A stretch of DNA of 64,000 nt, taken from contig NC_058132.1 of assembly GCF_016433145.1 (NCBI RefSeq), forward strand, positions 87,625,480 to 87,689,479. Direction: 5' to 3'. The position numbers were made by a program, and so were the translations under genes. Shown in pieces: positions 61,300 to 64,000 of this stretch (position 1 is the stretch's first letter; each line of letters opens with the position of its first letter). This stretch comes from Gracilinanus agilis (Eukaryota). The notes below the pieces were generated by a model. That model had not been told where the DNA came from. It made no database searches and was given only the letters and a program-made list of their open reading frames with translations.

Positions 61300-63790
61300 T
61301 TGTAGTCATGATTGTAGATTGAAGGAATTCCTCTCATGCATATAAATAATCTTAATAATAATAATATCTAGCATTTATATTGTAATAATGAAAGTAAAAT
61401 ATTAAATGTAATATTAATTACAAAATTGTTGTGGTTGCTGCTTATATAATTAACTCAAATCACGAGTCTGTTAGTAGCTCTTAACAATTACACTTTAATC
61501 AAAATGGATATAATGTAAAAAGAGGGAAATGTAGGAAGGAGACAGAAAATATCACCTAGCTAAAATATCTTAAGCCAAATCAGGAAGCCCAAATCCAAAG
61601 CCCGCCAAGCCCCCAAAGTCTGCAAAAACCCTCTAGCACACAGCAGGCACCAGAGCTACCTCTCCAGACCATGTTCCACCAAAGAACCAATGGAGAGAGA
61701 GCACTTCATGTCCCACACCATGCCTTTTCTTTCTCCCCCCTCTATCATGAAAGGTACACATGCAAAAATGGGATGTGGCCTAGGACGAGCTTGGAGAGGA
61801 TGTGCCTGGGGATTGTATTCTATCTACACAATATGGAACTCTAAGATTTATAAACTATTTTTGATCCTTAGCACCCAATGTAAGACTAATTAAATTATAT
61901 TTAATAATTCAATAATTCAAATATATTCAATGCACATATTTTCCCATTTCATAGAATAATTTAATGCTTAAAGAAGTTAAGTGACTTGCCTAGGGTTATG
62001 TCATTTGGAAGTGTCTGAGTCAGGATTCAAACTAGTATCTTCCTCCTTCCAAGTACATCACTGTCCACTGTGACACCTAGCTATGTCTAGAATTATACCT
62101 GTGCAAAAATAATAGTATTTATAATAAAACCAATTGCCCACACAGAAATGTTTCACTTACAAATGTTTTTTGGAAGTGCTGAAAGTGTTTAACCAAGTGT
62201 CCAAGTAGTATGCTTGTATATAGGAATGTGAAGTTACTCAAACTGTTTGAAGAAAACCATAATTAAATGTCACTCGTCCAAATTAACTTCTATAGCTTTA
62301 GAGTGGATAATCTATTTCCAAATGAGCTTGTCCATAAAAAACAGAGATCTGGATTCATTTTTATCATAATTGTATCAGCATTCTATACTTTGGTCTTCAA
62401 AAGAATATATGGCAGTTCTTGGCAGGGGAAGAGGCAGAATTTTCTGAGATCTTTCCACAACTCATAGTCATTAGTTCTCTCTATGATATGCAGGAGAGTA
62501 GAGATCTTTGGGGACATTTGACTATTCTTATAAATCTCTACATTTCAAAGCAAGAAATATTGTCTATTTTTACTATGGAAAGAAAACACAAAAGTTTAAG
62601 AATTTAGAAAGAACAAAGGAATAGGGATACATTGCAGAGAACAAATCTCAAGATCTCATTGGGAAGTGACTCCTTTACCAGCCTTCCTTCCTAGGAATTT
62701 CATGTCACAGACAATGATGAGAAATAAAAATAGCTGAGACATATAGTTATATAATATTGTCATAATATTATATCACTAAATTCCATAGAAATATATGTAT
62801 AATGCCATTTTATATAGCATATTACCATAATATCATATGTTATATAAATATTTCAATGCTCCTTAATATACATAGTATAATTTTAACTATGAAATTATGT
62901 TGTTTTGAAGGTACTATGGGGGAAATGGGATAGTTTATAAATCACTGTATATGGAGTCAGGAAAACTTGGGTTTCAATTCTGTTTCAAATGCTTTCTAAT
63001 TGTGTGTTCTAGGAAGATCATTTGATTTCTATTAGGCTCAGTTTACTCATCTGTAAAATGGGGATGTAGTACATACTTCACATATTTATTGTGAGAATCA
63101 AATAAGGTAAATATATGTAAAGACTTTACAAGCTTTAAAAGTGACATATAAATATTACTATATATACTATATAATTATATATTATATCCATTTTCAATAT
63201 AAGATTAAAGTTCAGAGACGTTAAATGATTCACTGTAGACAAAGAGTATAAAGTGTAAAAGATGGACTTCGACTGTTTCAAGTCTAACACTTTATTCAGT
63301 GTCCATATTACTTTTCAAGTCATTTTTCAAGTCCAAAGTCACAATTATTTCTATTATTTATTAGAACAAGAATGGATATGTCATTTTTGATGGACATTAA
63401 CAGATTTCCTTGAGTGCTTCTCTCTTGTTTTTTTGGAGCACAGCATCACTGAGCCCCTTAACTCCTTTTTTTTATTTTATAGACTTAAGGCCTATCATTT
63501 TCAACAAATTTGCTGACACTTCTTTCTCCCTCATAACAAATTACAGAGTGGGAATAAGGCACATGGATATTAATAAACTTAGGAAACACAAAGGATTAAA
63601 ACATATATTTATATCGCAAAGCAAATTCAAGATTTGTGTCACCTCAAGATAGGAAGATTTGTCTATAGCAAATCTTGCACAAGTCATTTTCTGATATTCT
63701 CTCTCCATGAAACTATAAATTTTCATATGGTTTATAATTCACATTTTTCCTCCCAACATGGCAAAGAGTTTGATGGGTATATTGAAAACT
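61300..63790 (+). repeat. Segmental duplicate of 30465-32700 (3' flank of OR-B)
   Basis: attgtagattgaa(a/g)gaatt at 30471/61311 and tttctgagatct(t)tcca...caactcatagtcattagtt at ~31120/62440. Colinear to ~32700/63790. Confidence 0.88.
61381..61830 (-). mobile_element. Solo LTR, 450 bp
   Basis: TG...CA ends and a 4-bp TSD atat inside a MIR tail. Homologous to 20064-20498. Confidence 0.8.
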
Positions 63791-63798
63791 GTTGGCTA

Positions 63799-63999
63799 GG
63801 AGGCAGCTGGGTAGGTCAGTGGATTGAGAGCCATGCCAAAGACTGGAGGTCCTAGGTTCAAATCTGACCTCAGACACTTCCTAGCTGTGTTACCCTGGGC
63901 AAGTAACTTGACCCTCATTGCCTAGCCCTTACCACTCTTCTGCCTTAGAGCCAATACATAATATTGATTCCAAGATGGAAGGTAAGGGTTTAAAAAAAA
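63799..63999 (+). mobile_element. CORE-SINE at the right edge
   Basis: ggaggcagctgggtaggtcagtgg...aagggtttaaaaaaaa. Confidence 0.9.
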
Positions 64000-64000
64000 G

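Noticed and set aside
1-64000. CRISPR arrays, rRNA, tRNA or other prokaryotic systems
   Set aside because: None seen. tRNA-like A/B boxes occur only within SINE heads.

Overview
AT-rich, repeat-dense marsupial genomic DNA. The SINE, L1 and hAT families point to an opossum such as Monodelphis (inference). The window covers part of a class I (OR52-type) olfactory receptor cluster. It holds four intact + strand OR genes (21157, 29447, 42112, 58577), one 5'-only OR pseudogene (51291), and the first 40 codons of another class I OR on the - strand at the left edge, which the ORF track misses. The four intact ORs share a 6-residue deletion in extracellular loop 3 and have replaced several class I carboxylate-pocket residues while keeping all activation motifs. 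The right half is an internal segmental duplication: 50.1-51.5 kb copies 19.0-21.3 kb, 51.5-61.3 kb copies 33.0-45.7 kb, and 61.3-63.8 kb copies 30.5-32.7 kb. It has a microhomology deletion junction and near-identical islands that suggest gene conversion. The rest is L1, L2, CR1, CORE-SINEs, hAT MITEs, several solo LTRs, an ERV gag capsid fragment and a 326-N assembly gap. All alignments and counts were done by eye and are approximate.
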